In this document: piece by piece, positions 10,190 to 20,400 of the stretch
Position numbering within the stretch: position 1 is the stretch's first letter
Layout: each line of letters starts with the position of its first letter
IMG/VR virus record: IMGVR_UViG_3300027759_000001
From: a virus
Lineage: Duplodnaviria > Caudoviricetes
Length of the DNA stretch: 64,000 bases
Reading direction: 5' to 3' (one strand)
Made by a program: the position numbers and the translations under genes
Notes under the pieces: generated by a model
Seen by the model: the letters and a program-made list of their open reading frames with translations, nothing else
Told to the model about the DNA's origin: nothing
Databases searched by the model: none

Positions 10190-11581
10190 ATGGCGACAAA
10201 CAAAAATTTTGAGTATCTAGGAAACACATTCCAATTACAATTACTTAATCAAATTATTTTAGATAAAGATTTTTCACATTCAATTATTGATGTGATTGAA
10301 AACAATTATTTTGAAAATAAATACTTTAAAATAATTACCCAAATGATCAGAGAGTATTATACAAAATATGATCACACACCATCATTTGAGACACTAGAAC
10401 AGATTACTAAATCTGAATTACAACAAGAGATTGCATCCAAGATAGTATTGGATACAATTAAGAAAATTAAGGACGCACCTATTGATGGTGTAGCTTTTGT
10501 ACAGGAAAAGGCGTTAAAATTCTGTAAACAACAGGAACTTCAAAAGGTTATGACCAAAGCTCAAAAAATCATTGATGGTGGTGAATTTGAGAACTATGAT
10601 GCCCTTGAGGAAATGGTTAGAGGAGCTTTACAAGTAGGAGCTAAAGACACAAGTTCAATGGATGTCTTCTCCAATATTGATCAAGTCCTTGATGAAGACT
10701 ACAGACACCCAATTCCAATGGGAATACCTGGTATTGATAGACTACTTAAAGGTGGTTTGGCTAAAGGTGAGATTGGGGTTATATTGGCACCAACGGGTGT
10801 GGGTAAATCTACAATCTTAACTAAAATCGCTAACCACGCATTTAACTTAGGAAACAACGTACTTCAGATCTTTTTTGAAGATAACCCAAAGGTGATTCAA
10901 AGAAAACATTATACACTTTGGACTAAGGTTCACCCTGATGAATTGTCAGAAAAAAGAGACGAAGTTATCAAAAAGGTTAAAGATATTGAGGAATCTATGC
11001 CAAATAAGTTAATTATGAATAAGTTACCATCTGATACGGTAACTATGTCACAAATTAAGAATCAGATTAGAAAGATGGTGGCAGATGGTAATAAGATTGA
11101 TATGGTATTACTTGATTACATTGACTGTGTTGTTCCTGATAAGAATTTAGGGGATGAATGGAAGAGTGAAGGATCTGTAATGAGAGCATTTGAAGCTATG
11201 TGTCACGAAATGGATTTAGTTGGATGGACCGCAACACAAGGTAATAGAAGTTCTATTTCTTCTGAGGTTGTAACAACTGATCAAATGGGTGGATCAATTA
11301 AAAAGGCACAAGTTGGTCACGTTATTATTACGGTTGCAAAAACACTTCAACAGAAAGAAATGAAATTAGCAACAATAGCAATTACAAAATCAAGGGTTGG
11401 TGATGACGGAGTTGTATTTGAGAATTGTAAATTTGATAATGCGATGTTAGACATTGACACCGATAGTTCTATGACTTTCTTAGGGTTGGAAGAACAAAAA
11501 GAAGAAAAACAACGAATGAGAGTTAAAGAGTTGTTAGAAAAAAGACAACAAAGACAAAAAGACGAAACAAAAACTAATTAA
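10190..11581 (+). CDS. dnaB: Replicative DNA helicase, DnaB/gp41 family
   Basis: Walker A APTGVGKS, Walker B VLLDYID, TATQGNR, KSRVG. Confidence 0.92.
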   Translation: MATNKNFEYLGNTFQLQLLNQIILDKDFSHSIIDVIENNYFENKYFKIITQMIREYYTKYDHTPSFETLEQITKSELQQEIASKIVLDTIKKIKDAPIDGVAFVQEKALKFCKQQELQKVMTKAQKIIDGGEFENYDALEEMVRGALQVGAKDTSSMDVFSNIDQVLDEDYRHPIPMGIPGIDRLLKGGLAKGEIGVILAPTGVGKSTILTKIANHAFNLGNNVLQIFFEDNPKVIQRKHYTLWTKVHPDELSEKRDEVIKKVKDIEESMPNKLIMNKLPSDTVTMSQIKNQIRKMVADGNKIDMVLLDYIDCVVPDKNLGDEWKSEGSVMRAFEAMCHEMDLVGWTATQGNRSSISSEVVTTDQMGGSIKKAQVGHVIITVAKTLQQKEMKLATIAITKSRVGDDGVVFENCKFDNAMLDIDTDSSMTFLGLEEQKEEKQRMRVKELLEKRQQRQKDETKTN

Positions 11582-11595
11582 TTTTAATAAAAAAA

Positions 11596-12543
11596 ATGGA
11601 AAAAATATTAAAGGAAAACCCTAACAGGTTTGTTATCTTCCCTATAGAACACAATGACATATGGGAATACTACAAAATGCATCAGGCGGCGTTTTGGACG
11701 GCAGAAGAAGTAGATTTAACGAATGATATTCGTGATTGGGAAAAATTAACAGATAATGAAAAATTCTTTGTAAAGAATGTATTATCATTTTTTGCAGCTT
11801 CTGATGGGATTGTAAATGAAAATTTGGCGGAGAACTTTTATCGTGAAGTACAATATCCTGAGGCTAAGTTTTTCTACGGATTTCAGTTGGCGATGGAGAA
11901 TATTCACTCATTAATGTATTCGTTATTGATTGATACATACATTAGTAATCCAAAAGAAAAAGATGAGTGTTTTAATGCAATTGAGAACCTACCAGCGGTT
12001 AAGAAAAAAGCTACATGGGCTCTTGATTGGATTGATAATGGATCTTTCCAAGAAAGATTGGTGGCATTTGCTGCGGTTGAGGGTATATTCTTTTCAGGAT
12101 CATTCTGTTCAATATTTTGGATGAAATCAAGAGGAATAATGCAAGGGTTATGTAATGCAAATACACTTATCTTTAAAGATGAAAACTTACATTGTGATTT
12201 TGCAATTCACTTATTGAACAACCATTGTGAGGAAAAACCATCTGAAAAAAGAATTAAAGAGATTTTGTTATCGGCTTTAGAAATTGAAAAAGAATTCATT
12301 ACCGAGTCATTACCTGTATCATTGATTGGAATGAACTCAAACTTGATGAAACAATATTTGGAGTTTGTTGTTGATGGTCTTTTAGTTAAATTTGGATGTA
12401 GTAAAGAATTTAATGTTGAACAACCATTTAAATTCATGGAACAAATTGCAGTTGAAACAAAAGGTAATTTCTTTGAATCAAGAACAATGGAATACCAAAA
12501 AGCAAAATTGAACGAAACGATTACGTTTGAAGAAGATTTTTAA
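11596..12543 (+). CDS. nrdB: Ribonucleotide reductase class Ia beta subunit
   Basis: [51 protein letters not shown]. Confidence 0.97.
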   Translation: MEKILKENPNRFVIFPIEHNDIWEYYKMHQAAFWTAEEVDLTNDIRDWEKLTDNEKFFVKNVLSFFAASDGIVNENLAENFYREVQYPEAKFFYGFQLAMENIHSLMYSLLIDTYISNPKEKDECFNAIENLPAVKKKATWALDWIDNGSFQERLVAFAAVEGIFFSGSFCSIFWMKSRGIMQGLCNANTLIFKDENLHCDFAIHLLNNHCEEKPSEKRIKEILLSALEIEKEFITESLPVSLIGMNSNLMKQYLEFVVDGLLVKFGCSKEFNVEQPFKFMEQIAVETKGNFFESRTMEYQKAKLNETITFEEDF

Positions 12544-12556
12544 ATATTAAAAAATT

Positions 12557-14986
12557 ATGATGTCACTTAAAATATTAAAACGAGATGGGGATAATGTAAC
12601 GTTTAACCCACAGAAAATTTACAACCGTGTTAAAAAAGCAGCAAAAGGATTGAATGTTAATTCAGATGAGATTTTTATTAAGGTTATTACTTCAGTACCA
12701 ACTGAGGGTGTAATAACAACAAAAGAATTAGATAAGTTAGTTTATGAGATTGCGGCATCTTACACTGGTAGTCACCACGATTACTCAAGATTAGCGTCTT
12801 CAGTTGCAATTTCTTCATACCATAAAGAAACCAATCCAAGTTTTTCAGAAACTATGAATTTGTTATTTGGTGATGGTATCATCAATGAAAAATTGATTGA
12901 GACCATTAAAGAATATGGTGAGGATAGTATTGATGAGGTAATTAATCACGATAATGATTATAATTTTGATTACTTTGCTTGGAGATCTTTACAAGAAATG
13001 TACTTGTTAAAAAGACCTAATGGTGTTGTAGTTGAAAGACCACAACATATGTATATGAGGGTCGCATTATGGGTTACAGATAACTTTGTGGAGGCGGTTG
13101 AGTACTACAAATCATTATCAAATCAACTTATCTCTAAGGCAACACCAATTATGATTAATGCGGGTACAAAGGTACCTCAATTAGCATCTTGTGTTTTACA
13201 CTATAATAATTCAGATTCAAGAAGTGGATTGTTAAATACATTAACGGATATATCAACTTATTCTTCAGACGCTGCAGGAATTGGACTATCAATAACTAAC
13301 ATTAGAAGTAAAGAAAGTAGAATATCAAGTTCAGGTGGTTATGCGGGTGGTTTATTAAAATACCTTAAAATAGTTAATGAATCTTTACGTTTCTTTAACC
13401 AACAAGGTCGTAGACCAGGGTCAGCGGCAATTTATCTTGAACCTTGGCATAAAGATATTTTTGATTTATTGGAAATTAAAAAGAACACAGGTGCTGAAGA
13501 ATTGAGAGCTAGAGATTTGTTTACGGCACTTTGGATTCCTGATAATTTCATGAGAGCGGTAAAAGACAATACTGAATGGTATTTATTCTGTCCTAACGAT
13601 ATTATTACTGCAGGTATCAAACCATTACAAGAATCATTTGGTGATGAGTATGAAGAAAATTACAATAAAGCGGTTTCTTTAGGGTTGGGTAAAAAAGTTA
13701 AGGCTCAAGACATTTGGTCTAAAATTATTGAATCACAAGTTGAAAGTGGTGTTCCTTATTTATGTTCTAAAGATAGTGCAAACAGAAAGACTAACCACCA
13801 AAACATCGGTGTGATCAAACAATCTAATCTTTGTAATGAGATTTATCAGTACACAGATGAAGAAACAACGGCTATCTGTACGTTATCTTCAATAGTACTT
13901 AAAAACTTTATCGCTAATGGTAAATTTGATTTCCAATTGTTGTTTAATGAAGTAAGAAAAGTAGTTAGAACTTTAAATAAAGTTGTAAATATTAATAATT
14001 ACTCAACACAAAAAGGATTAAAAGGTGGTTTAGAACAACGTGCAATTGCTATCGGAACACAAGGTTTGGCTGACGTATTTTACTTACTTGACTTAATCTT
14101 TACAGACGAAGAAGCAAAAATCTTGAACAAACAAATTTTTGAAACCATCTATTACGGAGCGGTATACGAAAGTAATGAGTTATGTAAAAATGGTAAACAC
14201 GAACCATACAAACACTTCAAGGGATCACCTATGTCTAAAGGTATTTTCCAATTTGATATGTGGGATTTGAATGAAAATGATTTGTCAGGATATTGGGATT
14301 GGAATAAATTAAAAGAAGATGTTAAAGAGTATGGGGTATGTAACTCATTATTCACGGCACAAATGCCTGTTGCATCTTCCGCTAAAATTACAGGATCATT
14401 TGAGATGACTGAACCGGCTCACTCAGCATTGTTTAACAGAAGAGTTGTTGGTGGTGAAATTATGATTGTGAATAAATACTTAATTTCTGACTTTGAGAAA
14501 ATTGGTATATGGTCTGAAGATTTGAAAAATGAAATTATTATGAATGAGGGTTCAATCCAAAACATTAATTTCAATAACTACTTAGATCCTGAAGACAAAC
14601 ATTATAATAAGAAAGTTAAAAGAATTGAGCATTTAATCCCTAAGTACAAAACTATTTGGGAGATCTCACAAAAAGAACTTATCAACATGGCGGCAGACAG
14701 AGCACCATTTATTGATCAATCACAATCAATGAATATCTATATGTCAAACCCAACATTGTCTAAGATTACCTCATCACACTTCCACTCTTGGGAGAAAGGT
14801 TTGAAAACACTTTGTTACTACGTTAGAACAAAGGCAATTTCAACAGGAGCGAAACACTTAGCATTGGATATGACAAAAAGAGAACCAATTAAAAAAGTAG
14901 AAACACCTAAAGTAGATTTTTCAAATATGGATTTACCACAAAAACCTGATAGTTCAGAGTTTGAATGTTTCGGATGTTCATCTTAG
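12557..14986 (+). CDS. nrdA: Ribonucleotide reductase class Ia alpha subunit with ATP cone
   Basis: KRDG ATP cone, ERPQHM, QLASC, SNLCNEI, AICTLSS, MPVASSA, YYVRT, C-terminal CFGC. Confidence 0.97.
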   Translation: MMSLKILKRDGDNVTFNPQKIYNRVKKAAKGLNVNSDEIFIKVITSVPTEGVITTKELDKLVYEIAASYTGSHHDYSRLASSVAISSYHKETNPSFSETMNLLFGDGIINEKLIETIKEYGEDSIDEVINHDNDYNFDYFAWRSLQEMYLLKRPNGVVVERPQHMYMRVALWVTDNFVEAVEYYKSLSNQLISKATPIMINAGTKVPQLASCVLHYNNSDSRSGLLNTLTDISTYSSDAAGIGLSITNIRSKESRISSSGGYAGGLLKYLKIVNESLRFFNQQGRRPGSAAIYLEPWHKDIFDLLEIKKNTGAEELRARDLFTALWIPDNFMRAVKDNTEWYLFCPNDIITAGIKPLQESFGDEYEENYNKAVSLGLGKKVKAQDIWSKIIESQVESGVPYLCSKDSANRKTNHQNIGVIKQSNLCNEIYQYTDEETTAICTLSSIVLKNFIANGKFDFQLLFNEVRKVVRTLNKVVNINNYSTQKGLKGGLEQRAIAIGTQGLADVFYLLDLIFTDEEAKILNKQIFETIYYGAVYESNELCKNGKHEPYKHFKGSPMSKGIFQFDMWDLNENDLSGYWDWNKLKEDVKEYGVCNSLFTAQMPVASSAKITGSFEMTEPAHSALFNRRVVGGEIMIVNKYLISDFEKIGIWSEDLKNEIIMNEGSIQNINFNNYLDPEDKHYNKKVKRIEHLIPKYKTIWEISQKELINMAADRAPFIDQSQSMNIYMSNPTLSKITSSHFHSWEKGLKTLCYYVRTKAISTGAKHLALDMTKREPIKKVETPKVDFSNMDLPQKPDSSEFECFGCSS

Positions 14987-15009
14987 TATGAATCTTATAT
15001 TACAATGGG

Positions 15010-15040
15010 AAATCACGGCTTAGGTCGTGATTTTTTATTT
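15010..15040 (+). terminator. Rho-independent terminator
   Basis: AAATCACGGC-ttag-GTCGTGATTT followed by a T-rich tail. Confidence 0.85.
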
Positions 15041-15072
15041 TATATGTATTTATTCAAAACACATAGATACTA

Positions 15073-15080
15073 TATTTATA
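15073..15080 (+). promoter_or_regulatory. Putative late promoter TATTTATA (second copy at 15047)
   Basis: Motif directly before the first baseplate gene. Confidence 0.6.
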
Positions 15081-15084
15081 AGAT

Positions 15085-15543
15085 ATGGCAAATGGAATAA
15101 CATATGGGGTAAATTTTCCTTTTAGGGAATCTTACGTTGGTAAATATTTAGATGTTTCTGATACAACTGAAGAGGAAGTAAGAAGTAATTTAATTCATTT
15201 ATTATTAACTAAAAAAGGATATAGATATTATCTTCCTGATTTTGGAACAAGATTGTATGAATATATTTTTGAACCTCTTGATGGGCCTACATTTAGTGAA
15301 ATTGAAGGCGAAATTAGGGATTCTGTTGAAAAATATATGCCTGGTGTACAGATAACAAATATTTCAATAACCGACGCTTCTTTAGGTGAAGAAGATAAGG
15401 GTACTTTTATTAATCCTGACGGAGAAAGAGAATTTAAAGTACAAGGTATAAGTGAAAAAGAACATACCGCAAAAATTAAAATAGACTATAAGGTCACAAA
15501 TCAAGCCTTTGAAAGTAGTGATTTTGTTATTATCAATATTTAA
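15085..15543 (+). CDS. Baseplate wedge protein, gp25/GPW-like
   Basis: VRSNLIHLLLTKKGYRYYLPDFGTRLYEYIFEP...IRDSVEKYMP. Confidence 0.9.
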   Translation: MANGITYGVNFPFRESYVGKYLDVSDTTEEEVRSNLIHLLLTKKGYRYYLPDFGTRLYEYIFEPLDGPTFSEIEGEIRDSVEKYMPGVQITNISITDASLGEEDKGTFINPDGEREFKVQGISEKEHTAKIKIDYKVTNQAFESSDFVIINI

Positions 15544-15549
15544 TAGTAT

Positions 15550-17388
15550 ATGGCTGAGAAAAAAATATCATACACGACTAGAGATTTCCAAGGAATAAGA
15601 ACTGAGTTAATTAACTTTACCCGTACTTATTATCCTGATTTAGTACAGAACTTTAACGATGCTGGGGTTTTCTCAGTAATGTTAGATTTAAATGCTGCCG
15701 TTACGGACAACCTACAATTTAATATTGATAGGAGTATTCAAGAAACGGTATTACAATATGCTCAACAAAAATCTTCAGTTTATAATATCGCTAAGACTTA
15801 CGGGTTAAAAATTCCGGGTCAAAGACCTTCGGTGGCATTAGTAGATTTCTCAATAACGGTTCCCGCATTTGGTGATAGAGAAGATTTAAGATATTGTGGT
15901 ATTCTAAGAAGAGGATCACAAGTAAGTGGTGCTGGTCAACCATTTGAAACCGTTTATGATATTGATTTTGCTTCAGCAATAAATTCTGAAGGAACATTAA
16001 ATAGATTAAAGATACCTAACTTTGATGCTAATGGTAAAATATTAAATTACAACATTGTAAAAAGGGAAGTTGTTGTAAACGGATTTACAAAAGTATTCAA
16101 ACGAGTTATTACACCAAACGATGTAAAACCATTCTTTGAATTATTCTTACCTGAAAAAAATGTTTTAGGTATAACAAGTGTCCTTTTAAAAGATGGGACT
16201 CAATTTAATACAATTCCAAATCCACAGGACTTTTTAGGGTTAAACGATAGATGGTATGAAGTTAAGGCACTTGCTGAAGACAGAGTATTCATTGAAGACC
16301 CAACTAAGGTTTCTGATCAACCTGGTACTAAGGTTGGTAAGTATATTTTAACTAACACTAAATTTACATCTGAGTATACACCTGAAGGTTATTTAAAAAT
16401 GACATTTGGTGGTGGTAATGTTTCTGCTGAAGAACAACTTAGAGATTTTGCAAGATCAGGTAAAGGATTTGATTTAAATAAATATTCTAATAATTTAGCT
16501 TTAGGTGCGGCTCTTAAGTCAAACACAACATTGTTTATACAATATAGAGTTGGTGGTGGACAAGCAACTAATTTAGGTGTTAATGTAATCAATCAAATTG
16601 GTACGGTTTCATTCTTTGTTAATGGTCCATCGGAAAGTATTAACAGATCTGTTATTAATACATTGAAATGTAATAACGTTACTGCGGCGATTGGAGGGGC
16701 AAACGCACCAACACTTGAAGAAGTAAGAAATATGGTATCCTATAACTTCTCAGCACAAAACAGAGCGGTTACAATAAATGACTACGAATCAATTATTAGA
16801 ACAATGCCATCTCAGTTCGGAGCACCTGCAAAAGTTGCAATTACTGAAGAGAATAATATGATAAAGATAAAAATGTTATCTTATGATACAAGTGGTAATT
16901 TAACTGACACGGTTTCTAATACATTAAAAAGTAATGTTGCAAACTACCTATCAAATTATAGGATGATTAACGACTACATTTCAATAGAAAGTGCAAACCC
17001 AATTGATTTGGCGGTTAATGTTGATGTTGTATTAGATGCTAGTCAAAACCAAGGTGCGGTTGTGTCTAAAATAATTGATATTATTTCAACATACTTTAGT
17101 CCTACAACAAGACAATTAGGTCAAAATGTTGTGGTATCTGAATTAAGAAGATTAATCCAAGCGGAAAATGGGATAATAAGTATTTCTGATATGGAATTCT
17201 TTAATAAAGTTGGGGGACAATACTCGTCAAATCAAACATCTCAAAAATATTCAGATCCGGCAACTAAACAAATTCAATTAATTGCTGATACAATTTTTGC
17301 TGAACCTACTCAAATCTACCAAATTAGATTTCCTAACAAAGATATCAATGTTAGGGTCATTAATTTAAGTACGGTTAATTTTTCCTAA
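15550..17388 (+). CDS. Baseplate wedge protein, T4 gp6/baseplate J-like
   Basis: YTTRDFQGIRTELI, SVYNIAKTYG, YRVGGG, AAIGGAN, QNRAVTINDY; follows gp25. Confidence 0.85.
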   Translation: MAEKKISYTTRDFQGIRTELINFTRTYYPDLVQNFNDAGVFSVMLDLNAAVTDNLQFNIDRSIQETVLQYAQQKSSVYNIAKTYGLKIPGQRPSVALVDFSITVPAFGDREDLRYCGILRRGSQVSGAGQPFETVYDIDFASAINSEGTLNRLKIPNFDANGKILNYNIVKREVVVNGFTKVFKRVITPNDVKPFFELFLPEKNVLGITSVLLKDGTQFNTIPNPQDFLGLNDRWYEVKALAEDRVFIEDPTKVSDQPGTKVGKYILTNTKFTSEYTPEGYLKMTFGGGNVSAEEQLRDFARSGKGFDLNKYSNNLALGAALKSNTTLFIQYRVGGGQATNLGVNVINQIGTVSFFVNGPSESINRSVINTLKCNNVTAAIGGANAPTLEEVRNMVSYNFSAQNRAVTINDYESIIRTMPSQFGAPAKVAITEENNMIKIKMLSYDTSGNLTDTVSNTLKSNVANYLSNYRMINDYISIESANPIDLAVNVDVVLDASQNQGAVVSKIIDIISTYFSPTTRQLGQNVVVSELRRLIQAENGIISISDMEFFNKVGGQYSSNQTSQKYSDPATKQIQLIADTIFAEPTQIYQIRFPNKDINVRVINLSTVNFS

Positions 17389-17438
17389 TAATTTATTTTT
17401 TTTTAATTAGAACTATTTTTTGAAAATAGGAAATAAAC

Positions 17439-17446
17439 TATTTATC
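17439..17446 (+). promoter_or_regulatory. Putative late promoter TATTTATC
   Basis: Motif 13 nt upstream of ATG 17460. Confidence 0.55.
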
Positions 17447-17459
17447 AAAAAAGACTTTA

Positions 17460-20400
17460 ATGCCAAAATCATATAGAATAAGGACTCAAGTAGGAGTTGA
17501 CAAATACATCAATGTAAAATTAGACCAAGATTTTGATTTTTTAGAGATCCTATCTTTAAAAATAAATCAATCAGACCTTTATACAAAGGTGTGTTCTGAC
17601 TATGGGGTTGTAGTTGGTAGAGTTCTTGTAAATGGTGGTTTTGGGTTACCAAATGCAAAAGTATCCATATTCATACCATTATCTAGTGAAGATGAATTAA
17701 ATCCCACAATATCTGAATTATATCCATATAAAACATTATCAGATAATAATGAGTTAGGGTATAGATATAATTTACTACCTCATGATCCATCATATAGTAT
17801 TCATGCTGCAACAGGGACATTTCCAAATAGAGAAGAAGTTTTAACAGACCAAACATATATTGAAGTTTATGACAAATATTACAAATATACCGTAAAAACA
17901 AACGATAGTGGTGACTATATGATTTTTGGGGTTCCAATTGGGACTCAAACCGTTTTTATGGATGTTGATTTATCGGATATTGGATGTTTTTCATTAACAC
18001 CACAAGATTTAATTAATGCGGGTCAAGCAACTCAAACACAAGTTAATGGATCAACATTCAAATCTTCAACAAATTTAAGTGAATTACCACAGATAAAAAC
18101 AGTAAATAGAAACGTTGATATATCACCTCTTTGGGGTCAAGAAGACATTTGTCAAATAGGTATTACAAGAGTTGATTTTGATTTAACTGCCGAAGCAAAC
18201 GTAACTATTAATCCTACCGCTATTTTCCTTGGATCTATTATTTCTACAACTAATGAAGATTCACTTAAAACAACTTGTAAACCAAAAAATAATACAGGAA
18301 ATTTATGTGAATTAATTGCGGGGCCTGGACAAATATTAGCTATTAGACAAACAATATACCCTGATAAAAATAATTTTCCACTTCTTGAACAATATAAATT
18401 TGAACAAGATGGTAAAATTATAGATGGTGACGGATCTTTTTTGGCAAATGTTCCGATGAATTTGGATTATATTATTACAAATGAATTTGGAGAACAAGTA
18501 ATTTCAAATGACCCAACAAAAGGTATCCCAACAAAGGGAAGATATAGATTTAAATTTAAATGGAGTAATGAAGGTGGGTTACAGAATGATTTTCAAAGAG
18601 CAAATTTTTTAGTTCCAAATATTAAAGAACATGGTTGGACTAACACTACAGACCCACTTGACCCTACTTCCAAAACACCATTTTTAATTATAATGCCATC
18701 AACATTTCCTGTTAATCCACCACAATATACAGGATCAACAACGGTAGCCTTAGATGGTGGGTTAACTTTTGATAATTCTGTTAACACTAAAATTTTCACT
18801 ATCTATATTGATAATGGTAGTGGACCTGAACCTTATTATGGTGATATAAGTGTAATACCTGTAAATGCTGGTGATATTGTTTTAGTAGTTTCAGAACCAT
18901 TAGATAACACACAACAACAAGAAGTTAATTTTACTTTTTATCCTAAAGGTTATTTTGATTTATTAAGATCATATACTTTTAGTTTAGATTGGGATGATTA
19001 TGTTGATCCAGTTTCAGCAATTAATTGTGAGGATACATTTTATGAAATGAACTACAATAAAGTTTATACTACGGCAATGTTCCTTGACAGATACAAAAAT
19101 GGGGTTGGAAGAGGAAGACACTTAGGTATTAAAGAAATTGATAATAGAGCTTGTAAATCAACGGTAAATACATTTCCATCTAACGACATTATTAAAAATT
19201 TTGACGCTATATTTTTTGTTTTTAATGTCTTTATGAGTATTTTGGCATACCCATTAATAGTATTGTTATTTGTTGCTCACTTTATCGCATGGATGTGGCC
19301 GGTATTAAAGTGGTTATTAATCATTTTAGGGATATATTTCCTTTATGATGCAATATCGGAAATGATTGATTGGATTAACTCGTTAATTGAGTTATTTGCT
19401 TTTTCGCCTTTAGGTGGTCCTGTAATTAATTTAGGTCTGATTTTAAGAATTGCGGCAAAGGCAATATCGTTTTTATTTAGAATCGCTTTTGCGATTGCAT
19501 TCATTGCTTTTACAATAAAATACCTTACTAGGATAAAAAATTTCCCAAGAATAGGTCTACCTATGATGTCTTATCCTGAATGTTCAAGTTGCGATTGTGA
19601 TTGCGGACCTGCAACTTTGGATGATGATATTGATCAAAATTCTGTTAATGATGCAATTGCTTCAGAGCAATCAACTAATAATCAACAAGAACTTGGTCAA
19701 GCTAAAGGATTTTTGGCTCCGGTTAATATGCCAAGTGCATATGAGGTTCAACATCCTAATGCCCAAAACAATCCTATTGAGGATGCAATGGAAAGAAATG
19801 ATGGTCCGTTTTGGGGGGGAGATTGTCTTGATAGTGCAACAAGCGGATGTTTAAATTGTGGAATACCATCGTTAAGTACTGCGGCAATGAAACAAGATAT
19901 TACACCTCAGGTTGCCGGAAGAGGTATTGCTGACTATAATAGAATTTTTTCGGGTTATGATATATTAAGTTCAACTGGAACGGTAAATGTGGATATGGTT
20001 TTTGGTAATGAATTTGCTTTGTATCACGCACCACAACCATTCCTATTTGCAGCTTGGGATAATAGTGGTAAAGACCCAAGAAATTGGGCTTTCCCTAAAA
20101 GTGCAACTTTTCCGCAAAGATTAAATGAATTTAACACAAGAGATAAATATTTTGATTCTTATGGTGGTGCAAATAGAATAAAAAGTTTTGTTAACCCATC
20201 TTTAAATGGTAATACTTTTTTTGAAGATCAAGTAATAGTTCTTTTAGCTAATCCGGGAACTAAAGATCAAATGCAAGTTGGTAAACCAATTAGTTTTAAT
20301 GACCCAACAAAATCCAATGGAAATGTTAATATTACGGGAGCTACATTAAATGAATTAGGTAATAACTCAATTACGGGTACAACAACAACAGGTCAAACAC

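Noticed and set aside
10190-14986. Inteins or introns in DnaB/NrdA/NrdB
   Set aside because: Lengths and motif spacing are normal; no splice-junction motifs or homing endonucleases
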